NCBI GenBank assembly: GCA_049999805.1
Contig: JBNGIO010006279.1
Location: forward strand, 436,167-487,814
Source: Folioceros fuciformis
Taxonomy: Eukaryota
DNA: 51,648 nt
Reading direction: 5' to 3'
In this document: piece after piece, positions 22,761 through 33,950 of the stretch
Position numbering within the stretch: the stretch's first letter is position 1
How the letters are laid out: each line of letters opens with the position of its first letter
Notes under the pieces: generated by a model
What the model was told of the DNA's origin: nothing
The model's input: only the letters and a program-made list of their open reading frames with translations
Database searches by the model: none
Made by a program: the position numbers and the translations under genes

Positions 22761-22849
22761 AATTTGAGACCAGCATGTTGCCGGTCCGAATTACAGAGCC
22801 TGTGAACATGTCAGCGTAAAACCGAGCCGAGTGCGCGTGAAGTCTCTGT

Positions 22850-25800
22850 TCAACCAGACATAAGGCCTTTGTCTATGTGAAATCGAGTGAGTGCAGGGTC
22901 TCCTTTCATGGATAGGGAAGGCTTTCGTTGGAAGCCGAGATCCATGGATTCTTCTACACCCATGGTAGAAGTTCTGATGGTGATCTCCAATTTCAGGATT
23001 TCTAGGTAAGCTAATAGGTCTTGGTGCTGCGGATGCCTGCTGTCTCCTACCACAAACGTGTGCACCTCCTGCTCATGTTCGATCCAGCTCTGGCCAGGGC
23101 TCTTCCAGGCACCTGCTCTACGTCTCAGCTGGTCGATCTCCTGTGCGCTCTCCCACATGCCAGCCTCGGAGTAGATGTTAAACATTAGCAGATATGCTGA
23201 ACAGTGTTCTGGCTGTGTTTGGGACGCACGGTTGAACGCACGTCTTGCAAGCTCAACGTTGCCGTGTTTCTGGCACGCACTGAGGAGAGATAACCACATT
23301 GGTAAAGTGGGCTCCACTGGCATTTCTGCCAGCAGATGTTCTACCTTGCTGAAAAGGCCTGCACGAGCAAGGAGGTTGAGAAGACAACCGTAATGCTCGG
23401 TTGTGGGGGCAATGCCATGCTCGTTGGTCATGGATTCGAAGTAGTGCAGGCCTTCGTCCACCTTGCCAGCATGACTGCACGCAGCAAGGACGGAGAGAAA
23501 GGTGATGGAATCTGGAACGATCCCTGTCCTGCACATTTCTCTGTAGGTTTCCTTGCACCTCTCGTATTCACCTTGCTGGGCATAGCCTGTGATAAGCGCA
23601 CTCCAGGACCATAGATCTTTGTGGAGGAGGGAGTCGAAGAAGTTGTGCGCTTCCTCCATGCTTCCACACTTGCTGTATGCATCAATGAGAGCAGTTGCCA
23701 CGATGGGATGGCTTTCCAACCCATGCTTTAACACATCACGGTGAAGCTGAACGCAATTATTGAGGGCTCCTGTATTGCTGCACGCCTCCAGGACGCTCAA
23801 CAATGTGACGTGGTTAGGCGTTACGCTTTCTGCTTGCATCTGTGCATATAATTGTAAAGCCTTCTCTCCTTGACCCCGTTGTGCATGGGCTGTAAGTAGA
23901 GTATTCCATGATACCACATCCCGCTGGCGGGAGCTATGGAAAACATGGTCTGCATCCATGATGCTTCCGCACTTTGCATACATGCTAAGAAGTGCGTTGG
24001 TGAAAAATGTATCCCGAGCATAACCGTGAGAAGCCGCTCGAGCGTGCATACACTTCCCTTTTTGCAGTGAAGCCACTTTCATGCGTTGCCTGTCCACAAG
24101 AGCGTCCTGTTCCTTCTCAGCAAGGCAACCACATGCCTGGACCATGCTTGCAAACGTTCGCTGATTAGGACGGATACCTTCGGCTTGCATCTGCTTGAAC
24201 AGGTCCAACACCTTCCCCACCTGACCCTGCTGAGCGTATGCAGCCAGCATTGCATTCCAGGGCACCACATTTCGCTGGGGCACCCTCCCAAACAATTTTT
24301 CTGCATGGATGATGCTCCCGCACTTGCCATACAAAGTAACAAGACCGGTGCTTAAGAAAGTGTCAGTGTCATAACCCCTCTGAACAGCTTCCGCGTGGAT
24401 GACCTTGCCTATGTGCAACAATCTCACTCGCTTGAAATGGACATCCCGACGGTTCTCGAATTCCTTTTCTGCAAGGCTACAGCAGGCCTGGAGAACGCTA
24501 AGAAAAGTCCGACGATTGGGACTGACGCCCATCTTTTGCATTTCAACGTACAGGTCCAGGGCCCTCTCTCCCTGTTCCTGCTGAGAGTATCCAGAGAGCA
24601 TTGCATTCCATGAAACTATATCCCGCCGGGACAAATTGTCAAACACTTGTCGTGCATTACTCAGGCCCCCACACTTTGCATACATGGTAACAAGTGCATT
24701 ACAGATGAATGTATCCCCATGGTACCCACGTCTATGAACTTCAGTGTGTACAGCCTTGCCCTTCCGCAGTGACTCCACTTTGACCAAAATTCCATCTTCG
24801 AGGGCACTTTCTTCCAGTTCTGCTAGACAACCACAAGCTTGGAGCACACTAACAAAGGTCCGATCATTCGGAGTAAAGCCGTCCTTCAGCATTTGGCTGT
24901 AAAGCTGCCAAGCTTTGTCTCCTTGCTGTCGCTGAGCATGTCCAGCAATCATAGCATTCCAGGACACTGTATCGAGCTGTGCCAAGCCATCAAATACATG
25001 TTGTGCATCAGAAATGCTTCCACACTTTGCATACATATCAACCAGAGCCGTTCCCACAAACATATCAGCCTCGAATCCGTGTTTCACAATATCGACATGG
25101 ATATCCTTGCCCTTTTGCAGGTCCGCTAAGCTACTGCAAGCTTTAAGTAAGTTTACAAAAATGTACAAGTTGGGGTCAACAGCTTCTTCCCGCATTTGCT
25201 GATAGATCGTTAAAGCCTCCTGCCATTGTCCTGCCTTACTGTATCCACAGATGATTGCTGTCCAAGAGAACACAGAGCGAGAGGGCAGCATCTGAAACAT
25301 GTGAAGGCCATCCACAAGGCTACCACATTTGACAAGAGCGTCGACCATACATTCACCCAGATAGAGATTTGATTGTAGCCCATTCTTTACCAAATGAGAA
25401 TGCACTCCCTTTGCCTGAGCGACGTCTTTGTTCTTGATGCACGCCTGCAACAAGTTCTTATACACCTGCACGGAAGGCACACTACCTTCCAGGTCCATGC
25501 GGGCCAGGGCTTCCAACGGTTTCTCAACCTCCGCATGCTTACGATAAGTCTCCACATTAAGACCAGCACCCTGACAGCTCTGTACGCTACAGACAAGCAG
25601 TTCTTACTCCTCTCATCAATTTGCAATACGGAGCTCTCTTGATAAGTCATGTGCTAGGTTTGATCACACAGCACTGATGCTCTGCAAGCTTCGATGGGGG
25701 TTTAGTAGGTACTCACATCTTGGGTGCCTGGCTAGTAATCCCAGCAGTCAAGTCAGACGTAAAGCCATCTGGCCCCCTGACATGTTCGATTAATCTGCCT

Positions 25801-26060
25801 TGCGGAAATCCCAAGCGTCCAAACCTCCATGATTCGAAGGAGCGCACGTGTCGTCTCCTTTGCTTTGGCCTACGACCCAATGCATGCTGACACCCTTCTA
25901 GCCAGAAATTGCGAGGCTGGAGACTTGAGCTTGCCCACCATGTTTCCTGACTCTTAGCCATCTTCGATGAAATCCAGCAACTGCGTCCTCTCTCCCTGTT
26001 TCTGCATTTTCCCAGTGCAGACTCGTTCGAGATAATAACAGCCTCAGCAAGGCTCTCCAT
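22850..26060 (-). CDS. PLS-class PPR protein with LL motifs, E1/E2 and PG-box E+ (no DYW); 2 exons (about 26060-25717, 25586-22850)
   Basis: 901-aa PPR ORF. The upstream ORF 25713..26150 joins in frame through intron 25716-25587 (AT|gtgagt...ctgtag|C). The C-terminus has KSPGQSWIEHEQEVHTFVVGDSRHPQ but no HxE/CxxC. The start codon is uncertain. Confidence 0.9.
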
Positions 26061-26331
26061 GGAAATCTCCAAATCACGTGGAGCAGAGATGCACAAAGCC
26101 CCCCATGATATTAGCTGGGAAACGACCAAGGCAGTAGTAGACGTTAGCAATCGAGCTTTGGATTATCGGTTGCACAGATTCTACCATGTCTGAAGGGAAA
26201 CTGATCGCCGTGCGGAGAGATGGTGGTTAAACATGATTTCTGGTTCAGACATCGAGCTCAGCGCAGATGAGGCAAACTGGTTTTGTAAATTTGTCGAGCT
26301 TAAGTCAAGGCAAACTCTGTCCTCTGGAGGG

Positions 26332-29300
26332 ATGGTGCCGGCGTCTATCCTCGGCAGGTCAGCAAGGCAAGCCTGCAGGTAGGCCCAGTAATTGTTTGCT
26401 TGCCCGCGGGCATGTATCTGGCCGCTTCTGAATCTGGCTTGTAGCTGCTAGAAAGCACATCCCGAATTCCTGCTTGTGTTTGGTTGTCGTAGAAGCAAGA
26501 GCAAGGAAGGGATTTCTGGTAACCGAAACTACGGACAGCCGGGTAAACAAGGTAACAGAATTCATGGATTGGTTGTGGCTACAAGCAACAACCAAGGTTT
26601 GATAAATCTTTGCGCATTGCAGCCAAACCTCAATGATCTGGATTTCGTGCACAGCAAAACCTGGGAGGCCATTGGGCGGGGCGAGGATGAAATGCCATCA
26701 GCAAAAACTGGATTTCAGCCTGGATTCCATTTTGGAGCTCACTGTCAGGGTTTTTCGGGTTCTAAGTACGTCCCTCTTCGAATGAGTCTGAACTGAAGCA
26801 ACGATCATGGCAGGGCACTAGCTTATTTCCCTGCGCCTTGATCTTGCAGGGTATTTCGCCATGGAGGGCCCTTGGAAATCGGAACACGGAGCAGACTCTG
26901 GGAAGAAGGGCAGCTCAGTGAGGATGTTGATGTTTTGGATGCCCTGGTGCATGGAGGATATCACATTCCTGCATCAGTTTGCTATCCTGTCCTCAAGGCG
27001 TGCATTGCAAAACAAGATCTCCCTGCTGGCCGGCGGGTTCATGCACTTGCTGTCAGATTGGGTTATGAGTCAAACACATTTTTGGCCAACCATATCATTC
27101 GCATGTATGGGTCTCACGGGGAGTTGCAAGAAGCCACTGCGGTGTTTTACAAACTTGCAGCACCAGACTCCTTCGTCTGGTCCTCCATCATTCTGGCACA
27201 TGCTAAATCTGGGCAACTTATACAGGCTCTTGAACTCTATCAGCAGATGCGGCAGTTGGATGTGACACCCGACAATTATGTGTTTGCTGCAGTGATCAAA
27301 GCATGTGCCAGCGCAGCGGACCTAGCATACGCAAAGCAGATCCATGCTGACGTTCTGCGTTGTGGGGTTGAATCAAATCTTTACGTTGCAAACTGTATGG
27401 TTGACATGTATGCCAAATGTGGGAGTTTAGAGCATGCCCGCCAAGTATTCGACAATATGCCAAGGCGGGATGTGGTTACTTGGACAGCCATGATGGCAGG
27501 GTACTCTCAGCAAGGACTTGGTTATGAAGCGCTTTCGCTGTATGAAGGTATGCAGGAGGAAGCTGTCACTCTGGCTAATGATGTCACATTTGTGTGCCTG
27601 CTGAAAGCGTGTGCAAGTACAGGAAATCTACGCAAGGGCCAGGAGCTGCATTCTCAGATCCAAGAAAGAGAACTCGGAGGAGATGTTGTTGTTGGCAATT
27701 GCCTGGTTCATATGTACGCAAAGTGTGGGAGCTGGGCAGATGCTCGCGAAGTGTTTGATGCACTCCCTAAAAGAGATGCGGTAACATGGACATCTATGAT
27801 TGCAGGATATGCTGAGCAGGGTCTCTGTCAAGAGGCCCTCGCTCTTTGGGCAAGGATGGAGCAGGAAGGCACCATGTTAGCTGACCCCGTCACATTTGTC
27901 TGCCTTTTGACCGCCTGCATCAGGGTTGGCGCTTTAAATGAGGGCAAGGAGCTCCACTCTCAGATTCGGGAAAGGGGGCTCGAGGCCGTCACGGTTGTTG
28001 GTAACAGCCTCGTGGACCTGTATGCAACTTGTGGCAGCTTAGAGGATGCACGCCAGGTTTTCGATGGATTGTCAAGACGAGATCTGGTGACATGGAATGT
28101 CATGATTGCAGGATATTCTCGGCACGGGTTTGCTCAAGAAGCTCTGCTTCTGTACGCAGAGATGCAACAAGAGGGTATCATCCAAGCTGATCATGTAACA
28201 TATGTTAGTCTCTTGAAAGCGTGTGCCAGGGTTGGAAACGTGGGTCAGGGGAAGGAATTACATGGTCAAATCCAGGAAAGAGGATTTGAAGCCCATGTGA
28301 TTGTAGGCAATGCACTGGTTGACATGTATGCGAAATGTAACAGCTTAGAGGATGCTCGTAGAGCCTTTGACAAAATGGCCTCAAGAGATATGGTGGCATG
28401 GACTACAATGATTGCAGCATATGCTCAACACGGGATAGGCCAAGAAGCACTTGCTCTCTATCAAAGTATGCAACAGGAGGGCGTGGCTCCAGTGGATCAA
28501 GTTACATTGGCATCCCTTCTCAAAGCGTGTGCCAGCATCGGAGCCCTGGGTCAGGGAAAGCAACTCCATTCGCAGGTTCAAGAACGAGGACTTGAAGGTG
28601 ATGTGGTTGTCGGCAGCAGCCTCGTGGACATGTATGCAAAATGTGGCAGCCTAGATGAAGCACATATGGTGTTCGATAGATTGCCAGCGAAAGATGTGGT
28701 GACATGGACCGCCCTCCTAAATGGGTACGCCCAGCACGGTTGTGGCCAGATGGCAATGAAGTTGTTTAGAGAGATGCAGCAGCAGGGAGTCAAACCAAGT
28801 GCTTCAACTTTCAGTTCTCTTCTGGTGGCCTGCAGCCATGAGGGCCTGGTGACTACCGGTCAATACTATTTCAGATCGATGATGGAAGACCATGGCATGG
28901 TTCCGAATGAGTATCATGTGTCTTGCATGGTTGATGTCCTTGCACGATCTGGCCACCTAGATGAGGCAGAAGATTTGATGCGGACCATGCCACCTGGGAA
29001 TGGCCTCGTTGTGGGCTGGACATCTCTACTCAGTGCCTGCAAGGCGTATGGCGACATCGACCTTGCAAGGCGTTGCTTCGACCATCTCATCAAAATAGAA
29101 CCTCAAATTGCAGCTCCATATGTGCTGTTGGCAGATATCTACGCTGGTGCTGGCAAGTGGGCGGATGCAGTCTCCATACAAGCCTTGAGAAAGTCAGCTG
29201 GTGCTTCCAAGAAGCCTGCCATGGCCTGGATCGAGGTGGACAACAAGGTTCACTCCTTTATTGTTGGGGAAAACAGGGCTGACATCTCATGCAAGTTAAG

Positions 29301-29613
29301 AAGTGTAAACCTGCGGGTAGCAGAGAAAGCAGGTTATATTCCGCACCCTGAGCTAACTATGAATCCACCATCAGATAAGGACGATGAAGCTGCCTTGTGT
29401 GGACACGCTGAGAAACTTGCGCTTGCATACGGTCTTCTCAATACTGCAAACGGCACAACTTTGGTGGTCACCAAAAACCTTCGAATGTGCAATGACTGCC
29501 ACAATGGCACCAAGGTGATGTCCAGGATTGAGAACCGAGAGATTATAGTTAGAGATACCCATCGTGTTCACCATTTTGTGAATGGTTTTTGCACATGTGG
29601 TGATCGCCATTAG
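26332..29613 (+). CDS. PLS-class PPR protein with DYW:KP deaminase domain ending DRH (putative U-to-C editing factor); 3 exons (26332-26378, 26493-26765, 26850-29613)
   Basis: Two phase-2 GT-AG introns join R-rich MVPASILGRSARQACR.. in frame to the 913-aa PPR ORF. Motifs KKPAMAWIEV, HAEKLA, KNLRMCNDCH and C-terminus FCTCGDRH. Confidence 0.93.
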
Positions 29614-29832
29614 CAAGAAGGGGTTCTGTATGTTCCCACACTCCTACTCTCGAATCCCTGGACCTCACCAATCTCTGAATACATGTGTAATAGAAGCATG
29701 GAACAAAGAAAAGGCTACTGCACGATTGCTCGCCAGTTGTCGCATATTTGCATTGAGCCTCATTTTGGTTTGGGTAAATGGGTCCAGGAGGCTTGATTCC
29801 CCGCATACCTCCAGCACACAGTTCCGTGAAGC

Positions 29833-32800
29833 ATGCTGGGTTGGAGGGGTGCACTTCATTCTCGCAGAGGGAAGCAAGGTCTGTTGTGGCAACAGCTGTC
29901 CTGGATTCAACAAAGAAAATTCTTCGGGAACGGCGAAGCTCCCAAGGCCAGGAGCGATGCAACGAGCTCAGTTGGTACTCCAAGGAACCGTTTGGTCGCA
30001 AGCAGGTCTTCCAGCGATGGTGCGCGGGAGGAGCTCCTGTGGCGACAGTTTTTTTTGAACCATACACTTTGGTGGGACAACAGGCAACACAACAAGGAGT
30101 CCGGCTCTCCTCACTTCCGACACAAGGAGTCCAGCCACGTTCTGTGGCTCAAGAGCTTGCACAAGCCACCTTGGGTGGATAGGCAGCTGGCTGCTCTAGA
30201 TAAGCGGTCGGGTCGTGGTGCTAATTCATCTAAACTGAGATTGCTGGGTATTCCTGGCCCTCGCAGCAGAGCAGGATACGGAATTGGTGAAACCTTAATA
30301 ACTCTATGTCAACGGGGGGAGCTTAGGGAGGCAGTGGAGGCTTTGGAGGATCTGGAGCAGACAGGGTCTCGTATTCCTAGGTCTCTTCTTTCTGCTGTGC
30401 TCAGAAGATGTGGGATGCAGAAGGACCTGGGGCTAGGTCGCAGAATTCATGTTCTCGTCAAGACGGGATACAAGACAGACACATTCCTTTGCAACCACAT
30501 CATGCGAATGTATGCCTCTCATGGCAGGCTGCAAGAGGTGATGGCTGTGTTCACCGAGGTGGATGAACCAGATGCTTTCATGTGGTCTTCCATAATCTCT
30601 GCACATGTCCAGCACGGGCAAGCTAAGCAGGCTGTACGGCTTTATCGTCGGATGCGGAGGTCTGATGTGAACCCAGATGGACATGTGTTTGTAGCAGCCT
30701 TACAGGCTTGTGCGAGGGTGGGCGACCTGAAAGCTGGGCAGCAGGTACATTCTGATTTGTTGGCCAGTGAGATTGAGCCTCACTTGGTCGTGTATAATTG
30801 CTTAATTGACATGTATGCAAAGTGTGGCAGCTTGGAGGATGCTCAAAGAGTGTTCGATGGCCTCTCTGATAAGGATGTCGTCACGTGGAATGCTATCATA
30901 GCAGGGTATTCTCAGCAGGGCAAGGGGCGGGAAGCACTACGGCTTTACCGTGCTATGAACCAAGGGGGTATCGCTGAACCTGATTCTGTGACATTCGTGT
31001 GCCTTCTGCGAGCATGTGCAAGCGTGGGTGTCCCAGCGATTGAGAAGGGACAGTGGCTCCATCGACAGATCGAAGCACGAGGACTTAAGGCTGATGTGGT
31101 TGTAGGTTGCAGTCTGGTAAACATGTATGCAAAGTGTGGCAGTCTAGAGGATGCTCAGTTTGTGTTTGACGGTCTTCCTCGGAAGGATGTGGTGACGTGG
31201 AATGCCTTGATAGCGGGATATTCACATCAGGGCAAAGGGCAGGAAGCACTTCGCCTGTACAGTGCAATGCAGGCAGAAGGCATCATCTCACCTGATGCTG
31301 CCACTTTTGCTTGTCTACTGCAGGCATGTGCAAGTATTGGCATCCCGGCTATGGAGAAGGGCAGGAAACTTCACAGACAGATTGAAGGAAGAGGACTTCA
31401 AGGTGATGTGGTTGTGGGTTGCAGCCTAGTAAACATGTATGCAAAATGCGGCAGCTTAGAGGAAGCTCGCAGCGTGTTTGACAGGCTTCCCAAAAAAACT
31501 GTGGTGACATGGAATGCCATGATAGCAGGTTATTCTCAGCATGGGAAAGGCCAGGAAGCTCTTCATCTTTACAATGCTTTGAAGGAAGGAGGCGTCATGT
31601 GTCCTGACGCAGTGACATTTCTGTGCCTCCTGCAGGCATGTGCAACTATAGGGATCCCGGCTTTGGAGATGGGAAAGGAGCTTCATAGACTAATTGAGGA
31701 ACAAGGACTTCGAGATGACGTGCTGTTGGCCAACAATTTAATAAATATGTATGGAAAGTGTGGCAGCCTAAAGGATGCTCGTAAGGTGTTTGACAGTCTT
31801 CCTCAAAAAGACTCTGTTTCATTTGTGTTCCTCCTGCAGGCGTGTGCAATCTTGGGTGCATCAGCTCTGGACATGGGCAAGCAGCTTCATGTGCAGATTG
31901 GAGAACAAGGACTGCAGAGCGATTTGGTTGTAGGCTGCAGCCTGGTAAACATGTATACAAAGTGTGGCAGCCTACAGGAAGCCCAGAGCGTGTTTGACAG
32001 GCTTTGTAAAAAAGATGTGGTGACCTGGACTGCTCTGATAGCAGGATACTGCCAGCAGGGCAAGGGTGAAGAAGCCCTTCGCCTTTACAGTGCTATGCAA
32101 GAAGAAGGTCTCACTTCTCCTGATTCTGTGATATTTGCGTGCCTTCTTCAGGCATGTGCAAGTGTGGGTAACTTGGCTATGGAGAAGGGAAAGCAGCTCC
32201 ATAGACAGGTTGAAGAGCGAGGACTTGAAGCTGACTTGACTGTAGCCAACAGTTTGATAACCATGTATGCAAAGTGTGGCAGCCTTGAGCATGCTCAAAG
32301 CGTGTTTGACAAGCTTCCTCATAAAGCTTCTGAGACATTTGTGTGCTTCCTGCAGGCATGTGCAAGTGTGGGTAACCTCGCTCTGGAGAATGGGAAGCAG
32401 CTCCATGCACAAATTGTGGAACAAGGACTACAAGATGACGTGGTTGTGGGCTGTAGCCTTGTAAACATGTATGCCAGGTGTGGCAGCCTACTCCATGCAC
32501 AGACCGTGTTTGACAGGCTTCCTCAAAAGGATGTTGTGACTTGGACTGCACTGATAGCAGGATATTCCCAGCAGGGTATGGGTCAGAAAGCCCTACATCT
32601 ATACACCGCTATGCAACACGAAGGCATCGCTGCACCTGACTCCGTCACATTTGTGTGCCTCCTACAGGCATGTGCAAATGTGGCAGCTTTGCACATGGGG
32701 AGGCGGCTGCATGCACAAATTGAAGAAGAGGGGCTTGAAGCTGATGCGTTTGTGGCCGTCACTTTGATAAACATGTATGCCAAGTCAGGGAGCATGGAAG

Positions 32801-33522
32801 GTGCACAGCTGGTGTTTGATGCATTGCCCAAGAAGGACATTGTAGCCTGGAATGCATTAATCACAGGATACACCCGTCAAGGAGACAGTGAAGCGGTGTT
32901 TGACCTGTTTCACAGACTTAGAGAGGATGGTCTACAGCCGGATGGCATCACGTTCCTTAATGTGCTCACCGTGTGCAGTCATGTAGGTCTAGTGAACAAG
33001 GGGCGAGAGTACTTCGAGGCTCTGAGCAGGCACTCTGCCATCACTCCCACCGCAGAGCACTACTCGTGCATGGTGGATCTGCTGGGTCGTGCAGGCAGTC
33101 TTGACGAGGCACTAGAGGTGGCACAGACAATGCCTGTGGAGCCGCATGCTGTAGTTTGGCGCACTCTATTAGGTGCTTGTCGAAAGTGGAGTAACGTGGA
33201 GATAGGACGCCGTGCTTTTGATGAAGCAGTGAAGCTTGACGAAAAGGATTCCGCAGCATACGTGTTAATGTCCAACATCTACACGGGTGCCCAAATGTGG
33301 GATGATGCAGACGAGATGCATGTGAGGAGGAAAGGAATGGGAGCATGGAAGCAGCCAGGCCAGAGCTGGTGGACAGATATGGATGGGTTGGCGCATACCT
33401 TTGTGGTTGGAGATCAACAGCATCCCGAGAGTGAGGGAATATATGCAAGGCTGAACAGCTTGTTTACAGAATTGAAGGAAGCCGGGTATGTATCACAACT
33501 AGGCCTGGTCATAGCAGGATAG
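29833..33522 (+). CDS. PLS-class PPR protein with N-terminal PDF-like motif, E1/E2 and WW-type E+ (no complete DYW)
   Basis: Single-exon 1229-aa ORF with an R-rich presequence and ~27 PPR motifs. KQPGQSWWTDMDGLAHTFVVGDQQHPES is followed by a stop shortly after EAGYV. Confidence 0.93.
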   Translation: MLGWRGALHSRRGKQGLLWQQLSWIQQRKFFGNGEAPKARSDATSSVGTPRNRLVASRSSSDGAREELLWRQFFLNHTLWWDNRQHNKESGSPHFRHKESSHVLWLKSLHKPPWVDRQLAALDKRSGRGANSSKLRLLGIPGPRSRAGYGIGETLITLCQRGELREAVEALEDLEQTGSRIPRSLLSAVLRRCGMQKDLGLGRRIHVLVKTGYKTDTFLCNHIMRMYASHGRLQEVMAVFTEVDEPDAFMWSSIISAHVQHGQAKQAVRLYRRMRRSDVNPDGHVFVAALQACARVGDLKAGQQVHSDLLASEIEPHLVVYNCLIDMYAKCGSLEDAQRVFDGLSDKDVVTWNAIIAGYSQQGKGREALRLYRAMNQGGIAEPDSVTFVCLLRACASVGVPAIEKGQWLHRQIEARGLKADVVVGCSLVNMYAKCGSLEDAQFVFDGLPRKDVVTWNALIAGYSHQGKGQEALRLYSAMQAEGIISPDAATFACLLQACASIGIPAMEKGRKLHRQIEGRGLQGDVVVGCSLVNMYAKCGSLEEARSVFDRLPKKTVVTWNAMIAGYSQHGKGQEALHLYNALKEGGVMCPDAVTFLCLLQACATIGIPALEMGKELHRLIEEQGLRDDVLLANNLINMYGKCGSLKDARKVFDSLPQKDSVSFVFLLQACAILGASALDMGKQLHVQIGEQGLQSDLVVGCSLVNMYTKCGSLQEAQSVFDRLCKKDVVTWTALIAGYCQQGKGEEALRLYSAMQEEGLTSPDSVIFACLLQACASVGNLAMEKGKQLHRQVEERGLEADLTVANSLITMYAKCGSLEHAQSVFDKLPHKASETFVCFLQACASVGNLALENGKQLHAQIVEQGLQDDVVVGCSLVNMYARCGSLLHAQTVFDRLPQKDVVTWTALIAGYSQQGMGQKALHLYTAMQHEGIAAPDSVTFVCLLQACANVAALHMGRRLHAQIEEEGLEADAFVAVTLINMYAKSGSMEGAQLVFDALPKKDIVAWNALITGYTRQGDSEAVFDLFHRLREDGLQPDGITFLNVLTVCSHVGLVNKGREYFEALSRHSAITPTAEHYSCMVDLLGRAGSLDEALEVAQTMPVEPHAVVWRTLLGACRKWSNVEIGRRAFDEAVKLDEKDSAAYVLMSNIYTGAQMWDDADEMHVRRKGMGAWKQPGQSWWTDMDGLAHTFVVGDQQHPESEGIYARLNSLFTELKEAGYVSQLGLVIAG

Positions 33523-33729
33523 ATTGGAAATTCGACAGTTGCTCAGAACTTGGGACATGTACCCCCCTTATGCAGCGTTAATCAGTCGCCTAGTTCTCGG
33601 CGACAGTGTTGTGGACTCTACGGATCCATGCAACTTCAAAATCTGTTGTAGGATGAGATCCTGCTATGAAGGGAGCGATCCAGACTCATGCACAAATTAG
33701 AGAACGTCGACTTTAAGCAGAACACTTCG

Positions 33730-33950
33730 GTAAACACGTCGGCAAGCTCAAAAGTAGATGATGCTCCGGCCCGCTTGACAGCCCTGGGTAGGAATGTAGT
33801 CGCATGGAGGGCCACTGGATAGCAGGGTATTCCCAGCAGGGCACACTATGTAGAGCAAGTCTACCATCTTGCAGTACTAGATCCGTGAGAAGAAGGCAGT
33901 GAGGTACGTACCTGAGGCTATAGCGTTTGTCTGTGCCCTGGAGGCCTGTT
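33730..33950 (+). pseudogene. Frameshifted PPR fragment
   Basis: Translates in pieces as ..VDDAPARLTALGRNVVAW, IAGYSQQG and PEAIAFVCALEAC, i.e. broken S/P/L motifs. Confidence 0.55.
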
